Assembly (NCBI GenBank): GCA_031411295.1
Contig: JANOAV010000122.1
Span: 28,466 to 92,465, forward strand
DNA length: 64,000 nt
Source: Verrucomicrobiales bacterium
GTDB taxonomy: Bacteria > Verrucomicrobiota > Verrucomicrobiia > Verrucomicrobiales > V1-33
Direction of reading: 5' to 3'
The notes below the pieces were generated by a model. The model searched no databases and was not told where the DNA came from. It saw only the letters and a program-made list of their open reading frames with translations. Shown here in pieces: positions 31,201 through 40,074 of this stretch. Position numbers and translations under genes: made by a program. How positions within the stretch are numbered: position 1 is the stretch's first letter; every line of letters begins with the position of its first letter.

Positions 31201-34200
31201 TCCCGGTGATGGAAACTCCGCTGGCATCCAACTGCACCTTGAGAAGATCATCGCGCCCCGGCACCACAAAGTAGAGGGCTCCATTATAGTAAGCGAGATT
31301 CTTGGGAACCATGCTCGGGCTGAAGCCATTGGTGACGGATTTGATGTCGCCCACGCTGGAATGCAAGCCAGTGGTCACGTCGAAGCGCCCCAGGTTCCAC
31401 GCACCGTTACTGAGGAGCGTGTCTTGGAGATAGTAGAGGTAATTGCGGGTAGCATCGTAAGCTAATGCGCCAAGGTTGTAAGGCGCTGAACCGTTTAAGA
31501 GGACATTGACTCCGGTGGTGGGATCGAGGCGATAAATGTTCGGGCTACCGTTAGTGGTGGCGAAGAAGGTAGTCGTCATCGGGGCAGCCGCACTTTGCCC
31601 ACTGGCGAAATCAATGAAGGAAATGTTCGGCTGAGCTGTTGCCACTAGGGTGCTGGCGGCCGTGGTGGGATTGAGGGATTCAATGATGGCTCCGTTAGCC
31701 CCCGTGCCATACAACGTGCCACCGAGGAAGCCCAAGCCAGGATAATTTCTGGGAGCCACGCCCATGGCGGTCAAACCGGAACCAGTCTGCAGGTTGTAGC
31801 GATAGAGGGTAGGGATACTTGCGGAGGTGTTGACAAAATACAGCAGACCACTGTCGTTGAGCGCCAAGTCACCGATGGAAACGAAATTCGTGCCCAAGCT
31901 GATGGCGGTTTGTTCGATGACGGTATCCAAGGCGCTATTAAGCTGCACTTTCACCAAATTACTCGTGCCGGGATGGATGTAGTAAAGTGCCTGATTATAG
32001 TAAACCAAGTTTCCAGGGAAGTTGGAGGGACGCGTGCTCCCAACTTGCTTGAGGTCACCCAACGTGGCGGTGTGGATGTCCGCAGTGAGGTTATAGCGAC
32101 CTACGCGCCAGGTGGCACTGGCGCTTTCTTCCAAGTAGAAAAGAGAATTGCTCACCGCATCGTAAGCCAGCGCACCCAGATTGTAAGGGGCTGCGCGATT
32201 AATAATTTTATGGACTCCCGTAACGGGATTCAATTGATAAATATTGGTGCCACCGTTGATGGCGTAGAACAAGCTGGTGGCGGTGGGAAGTGCGGGCGCA
32301 TTTTCCTCTCCCGCATAGTCCACGAAGCCCTTGGGCGGATTTGTGGCGACGTTTGTGGTCTCCGTTCCGGCCGCATCCAGTTGGTAAATCTTGGTGTCCA
32401 CCCCCTGCCGGTCAGCATAGATGGTGTTCCAGAGGTCGCGCTGCAAGCCGGGGTAATAAGCTTCCAACCCAGGGGAAGCAGTCGTTGTGGTGCGTTTTGC
32501 GGTGTAACCGGACAGCGTGGTAAGATTGAAGGTCGCCAACTCATTTTCGGATGCGATCCAGAGGAGTCCGGTGGAGGTCGTGGTGATGTCCCCGATGTAT
32601 CCAAGGTTGCTGGCTCCATTCGTCAAATCCGCCACCTGGTTTTGATTAGCGATGGCATTACCCAGCAGATCAATGCGGACCAAGTCATCGGTGTTACTAT
32701 GAATGTAGTAAAGGTTTCCGTCGAAGAAACTGAGATTGCTGGGGCGCGCGGTTGGGTTGTAGTTCCAAGTGCCCGCCACGCTGGGTTCATCGAGATTCCC
32801 CAGAATCGTATGGGTATTGGTCGCCAGATCATACTTGGCGAGACGCCAGTTCGGGGTGGCGTTTTCGGTGTAGTAGATGACTTGTGACGCCGCATCGTAG
32901 GCCAGAGCATTGAGGTTGAAAGCAGCGGCAGTGGTCAGCGCAGTGACCGTTCCGGTCGTGGGGCTGACGCGGAAAATGTTGGGACCACCATCCGTCGCGA
33001 ATTGAGAGCCGCTGGTGATCGGAGCATCACTATAGGGGGACGTAAAGTCACTGATCGCCAAGCCCACCCCGCCATTGTAGCTGCCATCCCACAAGTAGGT
33101 GGTGGCTCCGTTGAAGGGATTGACGCGATAGCCCTTGGTATTGATGTGTTGCAGTGCACCAATCATTTGACCTGATGCACCAAATGTCAGGGCCGCATAA
33201 TCCGCCCCTTCATCGCTCCCTTTGGAGGTCTTCAAAATTTGCGGTCCGGTCAGCAATTGGAGATTGATGCGGGCCAGGTAATCAGTATCCCGGGTGGAGA
33301 GGTAAGCGGAGGAATCCGGTGCGATGGCCAACGTATCCCAATCCTGAGCGGCAACTCCAATATCCCAGACCTTACTGGCCGCAGTGATGCTGCTGGCACC
33401 TACGGTCACTTTCACCAAATCATCGGTGTTCTTGGCTACGTAGTAGAGGAATCCATTCTGATAAGCCAAATTGTGCGCAGCGGCAGTTGGCGTGTAGGCC
33501 AGTCCACCCGCTTTCAGGCTACCGAGCAGCGTGTTGCTGCCGGTGCTCAGGTTGAAGACAGATAACTGAATATCACCAGTGCTGGCAAGATCATCTCCAG
33601 CGGTGTAGAGCAACCCATTCACGTGGTCCATGGCGATGGCGCTTGGGGTTAGCGGGACTTGCGAAGTGACGAGGGCTTCTTTGCCCGTGGCCAGATCCAG
33701 ACGATAAATGGAGGTGCCGGCGGCACTGATGAAATAGGTCAATCCCGTGGTGTCGATGGCAACATTTGGCTGCGGAGCGGCAAAGTCAAAGAAGCTCACG
33801 GAGGGGGTAAAGCTGGCGACGAAGGTTCCGGCACCCGTCGTTTTGCTCACTTCATAAAGTTTCCCCGGTTCCGCATTACTCACCCCGAGCAGTTTTCCGG
33901 CTGCGGTGGTCACCAACCCGGTCCAGTAGGTCGCAGGAGCGGCAGTCTTGATGCTGAAGGAAGACTGGGTTTGATAGTTCCATGTAGCGAAGGCGTTGCT
34001 GGCGGAGATGAACATCGTGCCAGACGTGTCCGTGGCGATATCTCCCACATTCGTCAATGCCACATTGTTGTTCAGATCGGCCACCTTCGACTGCGTTTTG
34101 ACGGTGGGAGTGCCGCTGTCGGCAAATTCGATGGCGATAAGGTCGTCCGTGCCCTCCGCAATGTAATACAAACGACCATTCAGGAACATCAGGTTGCGGG

Positions 34201-37200
34201 GCTGGCTGGAGGCTTGGTAAGCATAGACCGAATCATTCAGCGTAGCGCGGATCGCATGGGTATTGGTGGCGGGCACGTATTCGCCCAAACGCCAGTTGCT
34301 GGAGGCCTGCTCGATGTAGTAAATGCGCGTCTCATCGGTATTTACCGCCACGCTCTCGAGCGGGAAGGGCGCGTTACTAACCCAGTCAATGTTGTTGCCG
34401 TTGCCGCCGTCGAATTTGTAGATGCTGGTGTTGTTACCGCCGACGGCATATAGGTTCGGAACCACGCCGATGAGGGTGATGGCGTCTGACAAATCGACGA
34501 TGGGGTTGGCTTCGGTGCTATTGGACACGAAAGTGAGTGCCCCCGTGGTCTTGTTGACGCTGGAGAATTTCTTCCCGAGATCCCCCACCACACTAGCGGG
34601 GCGGGTGGCATACATGGCCTGATCGGATGACCGAATTGCCAAACCTTGGTAAGTGCGGGGAGCCGCAGTGCTTACGGTGGAGAAGGCACTGCCGTCCGGC
34701 ATCATGAATTTGCCATAGAAGTCCGACGTCGTTTCCCCGAAGTAAGCCAACCCGAGGTTATTGACCGTCAGGCCACCAATCTGCCAAGTGCTCACATTGT
34801 TGCTCAGGTCCTTGATTTTAACCTGAGAGGAAATGGTATTACCGCTGACAGTAATCTTCACGAGATCATCCGTGCCATCAGCGATGTAGTAAAGGCCATC
34901 TTGGAAGTAAACCAGGTTCTGCGCACGAGTGCCAGGGGTGTAGGCATAGGTGGCCGCTGCCCGCAGGTCTCCCATGAGGAAGTGCTGGCCGCTGGAGACC
35001 ACATAGCGGGCCAGCTTGAATTCTCCCGCCGCGGCTCCACCCGTATAATAAATGATCTGGGTGGAGGCATCGTAAGCCACGGCATAGGGCTGGAATTTGG
35101 CGATATCGGTGAGGGACGTCACTTCCCCGGTATCAGGGTTAGCCCGGAAGAGGCTGAGTTTAGTATCTGCCACTGCGATCAGATCACCTGGTGCGGTGGG
35201 ATCAGGGAGCGCTGGAGGGGCCGTGCCTGCGATATCATGGAAGACGCGGTTAGAGGTGTAAGTGGCCGTGATGGCGCCAGCTCCCGTGAGTGGATCCACC
35301 ACTTTACTCTTGGTGTTCTGAGCCGTGTCTACCCCGTAGAGTAGGCTGTTCGCGGCATACACCAAGGCCTGCCAATTGCTGGGCGGGCTGTTGGAAATGA
35401 CGGCGTAATTGCTCTTGGTCAGCAAATTGTATTTCGCAAACATCGTGGAGGACGCGAAATACAACGTGCCGTCTGGGGCTACCGTGGCGGCATTAACCGC
35501 GCCCTGACTCACGCCACCGTTAAGCTTGGCGAACGGTCCCACCATGGCGATGGCGTTGCCATCAATTTCCACGCGTCGAAGATTGTCCGTGTTGTTATCG
35601 ATGAAGAGCAACTGTCCGCCAAAGAAAATCAGGTGATTGGGTTGGGACGTGGCTGGAGTCCAGCCAGCGGCCACATTTCCCAAATGATTTGTCAGGGTGG
35701 TATGCACCCCGGTCGTTGGATTATAACGACCCACGCGCCAGTTGCTGGTAGCCTTTTCCACATAGTAAACCAAGTTATTCACCTTATCATAGGCGACGGC
35801 GCCAGGCACGAACGGACATGAGATCGGTTCCCGGGTGTAACGACCGGTATCTGGATCGAGCTTGTAGATCCGCTGCGAGCCATTGGAGACCGCATAGTAA
35901 AGGCCTGCTGGGGATGGAGGAGGAACGGTGGACCCTGCCGCAAAATCGGTAAAGGTGAGATTGGGTTGGCTAGTTGATACCTGGACGGGAGTTCCGGGCG
36001 CGATTTCGGTATCGATGGAATCGTTGGCAGCCCCATTGCCGCCAGCGCCGTAGAGCACATCATTGAGCACGCCCAAGGCCGGGTAGGCGCGGCTCGCGGT
36101 TCCCAGATTCGTGAGGAAGCTGTCGTTCACCAATTCAAACTGCCAGAGCGTATGGGTGGAGCCGTTCGTATTCACCCAGTAGAGCACCCCGGAATTATCT
36201 AAAGCCAAGTCCCCAATGGTGTTCATCGTTGTGCCGAGCGCGCGATTTACTTGGGTCGAGACCGCCGTCGCCCCAGCATTAAGGCCGACTTGGACCAGAT
36301 TTTGCGAGGATGCATGGATGTAATAAAGGGAGTTATTATAAAAGACCAAATTGCCCGGATAGCTACTCGGCCGGTTGGCCCCAATGAGCTTCAGATCACC
36401 CAGGGAGGCTGTATGCGTATTCGTGGCCACAAGATACTTTCCCACCCGCCAAGTGCTGCTGCCACCATCTTCCAGATAGTAAACTGCACCTGCCGCAGCA
36501 TCGTAAGCAATGGCTCCGAGGTTGAAGGGCGCGCTATTGTTGATCATTTGGTGCAGGCCAGTCACGGGGTCCAAGCGGTAAATGTTCTTGTTTCCGCCAG
36601 TCACAGCAAAGAAGTTCGCACTGGGGCTGGGCAGGACGATGGGCGCTACCACCCCGGAAGTGTCATTGAAGACGGTGGAAGGGAAGGAAGGGACGCTGGT
36701 AGCTTCGGCCCCAGCAGCATTCAGTTTGTAGATGGTGGCATCACCCGATCGGTTGACGTAGAGCGTATCGTTGGGCAGGCGGGTAATGGCGGCATAGAAG
36801 GGAGTGGCTGGCGTGCTGGCGAGCGCGCGCACTACAGTATAGCCGCTGAGGGTGGCGAGGTTGAACGTGGCCAGCACGCTTTCCCCCGCAATCCACAGCC
36901 GTCCATCGGCACTCGTGCTGAGGTCGCCCATGATGCCAAAGTTGGCCGTGCCATTGGTGATATCGGCAATTTTCTCCTGGTTCGAAACGACGCCACCGCT
37001 GAGATCAATCCGCACCAAATCATCCGTGCCATTGGCCACATAATAGAGATTCCCTGCGAAGTAGGTCATCCCAGTGAGGCGGCCGGAGGGAGTGTAATTC
37101 CAGGTGCCGGATGAAGGGGTGGCCAGACTGCCTAGCAACGTATGCGAGTCGGTGGCGAGACTGTATTTTCCCAGGCGAAAGTTGGTCGAACTGTCCTCAG

Positions 37201-39847
37201 TATAGTAAACGATGGCGTTGGCACTGTCGTAAGCTACGGTGGCAATGGGGAACAAGGCGGTGGTTGTCACGCTGGCGACGCCCCCCGTATTCGGATCAAA
37301 GCGGAAGATTGTGTTGGTGCCGTTACTGGCATAGCAATCCGTGGTGATGGCCATGGTGAAGTTAGCGGAAGCTACCGCACTGGTGTCAAACCAATTCATG
37401 TATCCAGAGGGAGCGTAACACCGCGCCTTCACATTCTGGGTGGCCACAATGATGATCGGAGTCCCGTCCCAGAGCGTAGCCCCAGGATTTGGTTCGCCAG
37501 CGGCATTGCCAGGGTCCACCCCGTCCTTCCGGTAATAAATCCGGGCCCCAGCGGGAACTTTACCGGATGCCACATCTAATTCCAGGGTGACCCCGCCGGC
37601 GGGATCTCCTCCGCTGGCAGGGGTAAAGATGGGCGGCGGCAAGGCGATTTTGCTGATGTTGACGGTTTTGGTAGTCACTGTCGAATCCACCAAGTAGGGG
37701 GCCGAGGCGGCGGCATCGGCCACATATTTGACGATTACTGAACTGTTGGAACCAAAGTTTACCAGCGTCACTGGAACATTGTCTCCGGCGTAGCCATTGG
37801 TGAAGGAGGCCCCTTGAGTGCGACTGCCGGATGACAACGGATCTGTGCCATCCAAGGTCCAATAGACGCGGAATGTAGAATTATTCTCGTAAACATTCGG
37901 AATCGACGCGCCATTGACCAACGTGATTTGTCCCGGAGTTGTCAGCGACACGGCTGGACTGCCCGGGGCCATGGCCCCCCCCAGTTGGGAGTAGGAATAC
38001 GCGCCAGGGAAATTGTCCGTTAGTTGCAGGGTGACCGCCGTGGGTTGGTAGGTCGCAAGCGCGTGCTCCGAATCACGATACTGCAGTAGATCGGTGGAAT
38101 AAATATAGGCATTAATCGTGGTGCCCGGAGGGGTGATGATGGGTCCATTATAGGTCAGACTTGTGGCCGGTGCCGAAGAGAGAGTATATTTGATCTGAGT
38201 GTAGGTGGCATCATTGGGGTTGTTGATGGTCACGGAGAGGGGGTAAAGCGAGATGTCTAAGACTGGCGGCGGTGGCGTGAAGGTCGGAGGATCTGCCTGC
38301 GGGGCGCACGAGTAAGTGGCACTCGTTAGAGCACTAGTGGAGAACCAAGATTTCAAGCCCGAAGGAGGGTAAGCGCGACAAGTGACGGTGACGGGAGTGG
38401 TGAGGGTGGGCGTGACCGTGAAGGTGCTCCCGGTCCACAGGGTGGAGCCAGCCACCGGTTCTCCGCTGGCGTTGTTTCCAGGGTCTGTGCCATCGGTGCG
38501 GTAGTAGATCCGCACGCCTGCCGGCAACACCCCGGCGGAGGTATTGAGACTCAGGGTTACAGTGGCATCCACAGCTACGACCCCAGCATCCGGTGCGATC
38601 AGCGGCGGCTGCAAAGTGGTTTTTTGGACGGTGATAGTTTTGTTATAAACGGCTGAACTTGTCACAGTTAGCGGCTTGGCAGATCCAGCGTAAAGGTTGA
38701 GGCTAAGAGCGGGAGCGCTGCCGAAGTCTGCCAGTGTTAGAGGGAGGAACATCCCCGGATAGCCATTGGTAAATGGCACCCCGGCGTGCCGGGTGCCGGA
38801 AGTGGTTGGATCACTGCCATCCAGAGTCCAATAAACGTTGAACACCGAAGAATTCTGATACGCTAGTGGAATGGTGCCGGCACTTGCCAGCGTGACTGTT
38901 CCGGGAGGAGTCAGCTCTTCCGCTCCCCTGACCAATGGTCCACCCAAGCTAGCATACGTAACCGTTGACGGGAACGTATTGCCAAGAACCAAAGGTTCTG
39001 GATTTGGAATATAGGATACGGAGGCCGTCGGGCTGTCGGTAAAAGTTTCCGGCTCCAAACTGATGCGCTTGGCCACCAGCACATCGCCGGGATCCACCGT
39101 AATCGGGCCAGTATAGGGATAGAAGGAGGAGTCATTATTCTTCTTATAGACGGTAGTCCACTGGTCGGTGCTGGGGGGACCTACCATCACCAGCAAGGGG
39201 TAGGAAAGCAGCACTAACTGGGGTGGCGGCGGCATGAAGACGGGTGGCGTGAGTTGGGTCGTTTCTGGGGTGGTCGGGGTGGGGGAATTCACCACCACGG
39301 AGGGCCGATTCGTGGGGGCTGGCTTGGGGCTCCGCGTCGTATTGGTGTAGGCCCAGACCCAGCCAGCATCCTCGTTGAGTGCCATCATCGGCTTGCGAAT
39401 CTCCGTGGCTTGGTTGGTGGGAATGGCGGATTCGGAGAGGGTAAACTCTTTAATGGCATCGGTCGCATCGTCTGTGATCACAAAATTGTGCTGGGGGCCA
39501 TTCCAGACTGCGAACGGCGGAGTATCACCTTCCTGTGCACTAATAAAACTTAAGCGTTGGTCGATCATGCTACCTCGCAGCGCTGCCAATTTGCCGCCAT
39601 TGGAGGCCACGGTCTTTAATTTAGCGATCATCCCTGCCGCATCGGTTACCCCATCAAAACTTCCTCCGCTGATGGAGTAGAGACGGATCGAGTTATTGAT
39701 CGTGACCACATCCTGTTCCAGTTTGGCACGCTTCGTATCCTCCCGGACGTTTTTCATAACAACGTAGGCACCAACGGAAAGAATGGCGATGATGGCCACC
39801 ACCATCGTCACCTCGATTAGGGTATAACCAGGGGAACGCGACTTCAT
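25217..39847 (-). CDS. Giant (4876 aa) type IV prepilin-like surface protein/adhesin
   Basis: MKSRSPG/YTLIEVTMVVAIIAILSVGAYVVM class III signal; YWTLDGSDP and IYYRTDGTDP Ig-like units; about 16 tandem ~250-aa modules; C-terminal delta-60-like repeats (IVRLNPDGSVDTTF). Confidence 0.85.
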   Translation of the reverse strand: MKSRSPGYTLIEVTMVVAIIAILSVGAYVVMKNVREDTKRAKLEQDVVTINNSIRLYSISGGSFDGVTDAAGMIAKLKTVASNGGKLAALRGSMIDQRLSFISAQEGDTPPFAVWNGPQHNFVITDDATDAIKEFTLSESAIPTNQATEIRKPMMALNEDAGWVWAYTNTTRSPKPAPTNRPSVVVNSPTPTTPETTQLTPPVFMPPPPQLVLLSYPLLVMVGPPSTDQWTTVYKKNNDSSFYPYTGPITVDPGDVLVAKRISLEPETFTDSPTASVSYIPNPEPLVLGNTFPSTVTYASLGGPLVRGAEELTPPGTVTLASAGTIPLAYQNSSVFNVYWTLDGSDPTTSGTRHAGVPFTNGYPGMFLPLTLADFGSAPALSLNLYAGSAKPLTVTSSAVYNKTITVQKTTLQPPLIAPDAGVVAVDATVTLSLNTSAGVLPAGVRIYYRTDGTDPGNNASGEPVAGSTLWTGSTFTVTPTLTTPVTVTCRAYPPSGLKSWFSTSALTSATYSCAPQADPPTFTPPPPVLDISLYPLSVTINNPNDATYTQIKYTLSSAPATSLTYNGPIITPPGTTINAYIYSTDLLQYRDSEHALATYQPTAVTLQLTDNFPGAYSYSQLGGAMAPGSPAVSLTTPGQITLVNGASIPNVYENNSTFRVYWTLDGTDPLSSGSRTQGASFTNGYAGDNVPVTLVNFGSNSSVIVKYVADAAASAPYLVDSTVTTKTVNISKIALPPPIFTPASGGDPAGGVTLELDVASGKVPAGARIYYRKDGVDPGNAAGEPNPGATLWDGTPIIIVATQNVKARCYAPSGYMNWFDTSAVASANFTMAITTDCYASNGTNTIFRFDPNTGGVASVTTTALFPIATVAYDSANAIVYYTEDSSTNFRLGKYSLATDSHTLLGSLATPSSGTWNYTPSGRLTGMTYFAGNLYYVANGTDDLVRIDLSGGVVSNQEKIADITNGTANFGIMGDLSTSADGRLWIAGESVLATFNLATLSGYTVVRALASTPATPFYAAITRLPNDTLYVNRSGDATIYKLNAAGAEATSVPSFPSTVFNDTSGVVAPIVLPSPSANFFAVTGGNKNIYRLDPVTGLHQMINNSAPFNLGAIAYDAAAGAVYYLEDGGSSTWRVGKYLVATNTHTASLGDLKLIGANRPSSYPGNLVFYNNSLYYIHASSQNLVQVGLNAGATAVSTQVNRALGTTMNTIGDLALDNSGVLYWVNTNGSTHTLWQFELVNDSFLTNLGTASRAYPALGVLNDVLYGAGGNGAANDSIDTEIAPGTPVQVSTSQPNLTFTDFAAGSTVPPPSPAGLYYAVSNGSQRIYKLDPDTGRYTREPISCPFVPGAVAYDKVNNLVYYVEKATSNWRVGRYNPTTGVHTTLTNHLGNVAAGWTPATSQPNHLIFFGGQLLFIDNNTDNLRRVEIDGNAIAMVGPFAKLNGGVSQGAVNAATVAPDGTLYFASSTMFAKYNLLTKSNYAVISNSPPSNWQALVYAANSLLYGVDTAQNTKSKVVDPLTGAGAITATYTSNRVFHDIAGTAPPALPDPTAPGDLIAVADTKLSLFRANPDTGEVTSLTDIAKFQPYAVAYDASTQIIYYTGGAAAGEFKLARYVVSSGQHFLMGDLRAAATYAYTPGTRAQNLVYFQDGLYYIADGTDDLVKITVSGNTISSQVKIKDLSNNVSTWQIGGLTVNNLGLAYFGETTSDFYGKFMMPDGSAFSTVSTAAPRTYQGLAIRSSDQAMYATRPASVVGDLGKKFSSVNKTTGALTFVSNSTEANPIVDLSDAITLIGVVPNLYAVGGNNTSIYKFDGGNGNNIDWVSNAPFPLESVAVNTDETRIYYIEQASSNWRLGEYVPATNTHAIRATLNDSVYAYQASSQPRNLMFLNGRLYYIAEGTDDLIAIEFADSGTPTVKTQSKVADLNNNVALTNVGDIATDTSGTMFISASNAFATWNYQTQSSFSIKTAAPATYWTGLVTTAAGKLLGVSNAEPGKLYEVSKTTGAGTFVASFTPSVSFFDFAAPQPNVAIDTTGLTYFISAAGTSIYRLDLATGKEALVTSQVPLTPSAIAMDHVNGLLYTAGDDLASTGDIQLSVFNLSTGSNTLLGSLKAGGLAYTPTAAAHNLAYQNGFLYYVAKNTDDLVKVTVGASSITAASKVWDIGVAAQDWDTLAIAPDSSAYLSTRDTDYLARINLQLLTGPQILKTSKGSDEGADYAALTFGASGQMIGALQHINTKGYRVNPFNGATTYLWDGSYNGGVGLAISDFTSPYSDAPITSGSQFATDGGPNIFRVSPTTGTVTALTTAAAFNLNALAYDAASQVIYYTENATPNWRLAKYDLATNTHTILGNLDEPSVAGTWNYNPTARPSNLSFFDGNLYYIHSNTDDLVRIDLLGNAIANQNQVADLTNGASNLGYIGDITTTSTGLLWIASENELATFNLTTLSGYTAKRTTTTASPGLEAYYPGLQRDLWNTIYADRQGVDTKIYQLDAAGTETTNVATNPPKGFVDYAGEENAPALPTATSLFYAINGGTNIYQLNPVTGVHKIINRAAPYNLGALAYDAVSNSLFYLEESASATWRVGRYNLTADIHTATLGDLKQVGSTRPSNFPGNLVYYNQALYYIHPGTSNLVKVQLNSALDTVIEQTAISLGTNFVSIGDLALNDSGLLYFVNTSASIPTLYRYNLQTGSGLTAMGVAPRNYPGLGFLGGTLYGTGANGAIIESLNPTTAASTLVATAQPNISFIDFASGQSAAAPMTTTFFATTNGSPNIYRLDPTTGVNVLLNGSAPYNLGALAYDATRNYLYYLQDTLLSNGAWNLGRFDVTTGLHSSVGDIKSVTNGFSPSMVPKNLAYYNGALYFVVPGRDDLLKVQLDASGVSITGISQVASLTGGAVTFADPGDISATDAGMLLFTNTPAVGTPSLYRYDIVGSTGFGVVGTLPRAEPALGLYQSNLYAAGSLQVDQLSQGNASLISSVNSSPALAFTDFAGPSANTPPAASDDLWAIAGYSAAPDPHLLRFRNYKNNGGNVASTDFGALAYRDGAATTLFTNAASVLGAMTVDASNRLYFVNSAATVIAGVTYERPLFTLNLNSLPSSGPVVASLVGDLGPGLRTAIGVTPLTSNEVVSGLAPGADGSLRLVVRIGNGATADALCRIISLTPSSAGNLAVGLVGTLQNGATNAGNARGLAIDSTGQAYVSDTDDLGVYKVNATTGSLTVAMHSTEASAGPLAVHLSDTDLVTALNNSTITKVVTGNANDTAYFNYFNLWGLSTPSALSFVGLAVTPPPAVTGYFAADGTSTIYRIDPATGSNMAITSAPFNVQSLGFDSATNKLYYVEAAASNWRVGRYDLTGNVHTIYNFNLTAPGGTNHTPITAQPENLFIANGGLYTIAPNTDDLIKIDLTPIGIDSLHKVADLNNDASQGAVTAATIDSNGMLYFASTAKLARYDLTIMGGYTLISNNPNIPWSSLVFNSSGSLYGVRGDDPYKTFSLDITTGAPTFVAPVLPKIAFTDISSTSGPYLPGSGYAFTSITNTPAILRTDLSTARAYFLTWQAKGDVEAVAFDQTNALVYYTVTTDNPQRLYAYDLRTDTHSAVRDALFQTDLKLIGTHRPTGTRAHNLTHFNGALYYIATGTDDLFKITFTSPYVIADQVRVADVAGNATVGSTVGAFTIDDLGQAYISYEDANVLARFDMRTFGGYTIIDSSAMNPRYYALTYDSSKLNGIPFDPVVSQKLYTLNVTTGARTLVGNVNPANQILDLATSTPNQPALPAPSANFFAITGGNKNLYRLEPTTGISALLNSSAPYNLGAIAYDGVSGNIFYLEDGANATWNVGKYTVGTSTHSATLGNIKTIATTATAYPGNLVYYNSALYYIQPGTSNIVKSQLDAGATIITGQSTISLGTTFNTVGDLALDDSGVLYWVSTNAGVNTFYKYNLRDATGFATIGTTTSAYPSLGFLTGKLYGTGGNAFVIDSLNLSSGVASVTANAQPQLTFTDFASASNASVPAPPAWAIGENTNAQLLKINGYDGAPTLTNYGDIRYPGSGGAATALAADSDIESFAVTTDNYAYFVRNKDTNVNGVLYGRPLFRVDLNTVTAGSVTATFVGDLDQALSSMNGAAITTSTNVEAVSGLAVGADGSLYAVYQRGTDTAVDKLFKITGLSVDGANNLTAWSAVGDITNGTNVGTNVDALEFHPNGTLYAFDSKDGEMLVINPTTAVVTSLHSTEASVTGKDLAISPTNNDFVSVNGTSKTLQRVVASGADTTLWSYNSAPPWGTPIFTDLPGFKFPARNFNPVPTPPAGLVYAVTGGNKDIYTLNLTTGATVKVVDNAAAFNVSSLAYDPVQNTVFYLQDTATGYSLGSWQIATNVHTAVYNLTTGNNYNSTVKPTNLSWWGGYLYFIEPGTDDLIRITTSPTIGTEQTKVRDLTANTVAFASVGDLAVDDSGMMYFSAIAGGNSIMAKFNLTTMSTYTQIASTAGTADYCESIVFGPDAGSGRPLYVARDAARTIIRTLNPTTGAISGTSTATTPGLALLDTSDLHLNAASYAGAYYAVAGGTDRNIYQVNPETGTSSTLTTAAAAFAGLSAIAWDQANGYLYYVEETASNFKLGRYSLDSGSHLALGSLQGSFTYSPTSKPGNLAFMRGGLYYIATGTDDLVRIDVSSTAIVNQVQIADLNGNVSLVNVGDLTCGNAYVAYFTAGSKLYSFNVQTLAPATVVSTFTQGTPDALSINAAGTQFYGVFNPAVGPTLTTQIHKISLTGSVSTNVSTGALAFRDLAGPDLSRPDDVSNLFYIGGDFGASATAHRGIARLSTTTGAVDPSYQTGTGNNSGTEVKAILPVGNGQVLGGGTFSTFGGQTRTSIVRLNPDGSVDTTFAPIFK

Positions 39848-40074
39848 AATCTAAAAATTTACTGCAATTATGAAAATTATAACGAACTTTGTGATTCTGA
39901 AAAGGGATTTCTTCAAAAATTTGGAACGGAAGAATATCAATCCTTCTGGTCAGTCTGGAAGGGGGGCGCTCTTTATCAAAAGTGCGACAGCTCGGACGCA
40001 ACGAAGTCAGGTGCTCGGCAAACGAGCGATGAAGAGCGGTGCGAAAGCCAAGCTCTTATGCCAGGAGGAACGTC

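Noticed and set aside
25595..39680. Many + strand ORFs of 60-325 aa inside the giant gene
   Set aside because: Antisense shadows of a long GC-rich CDS
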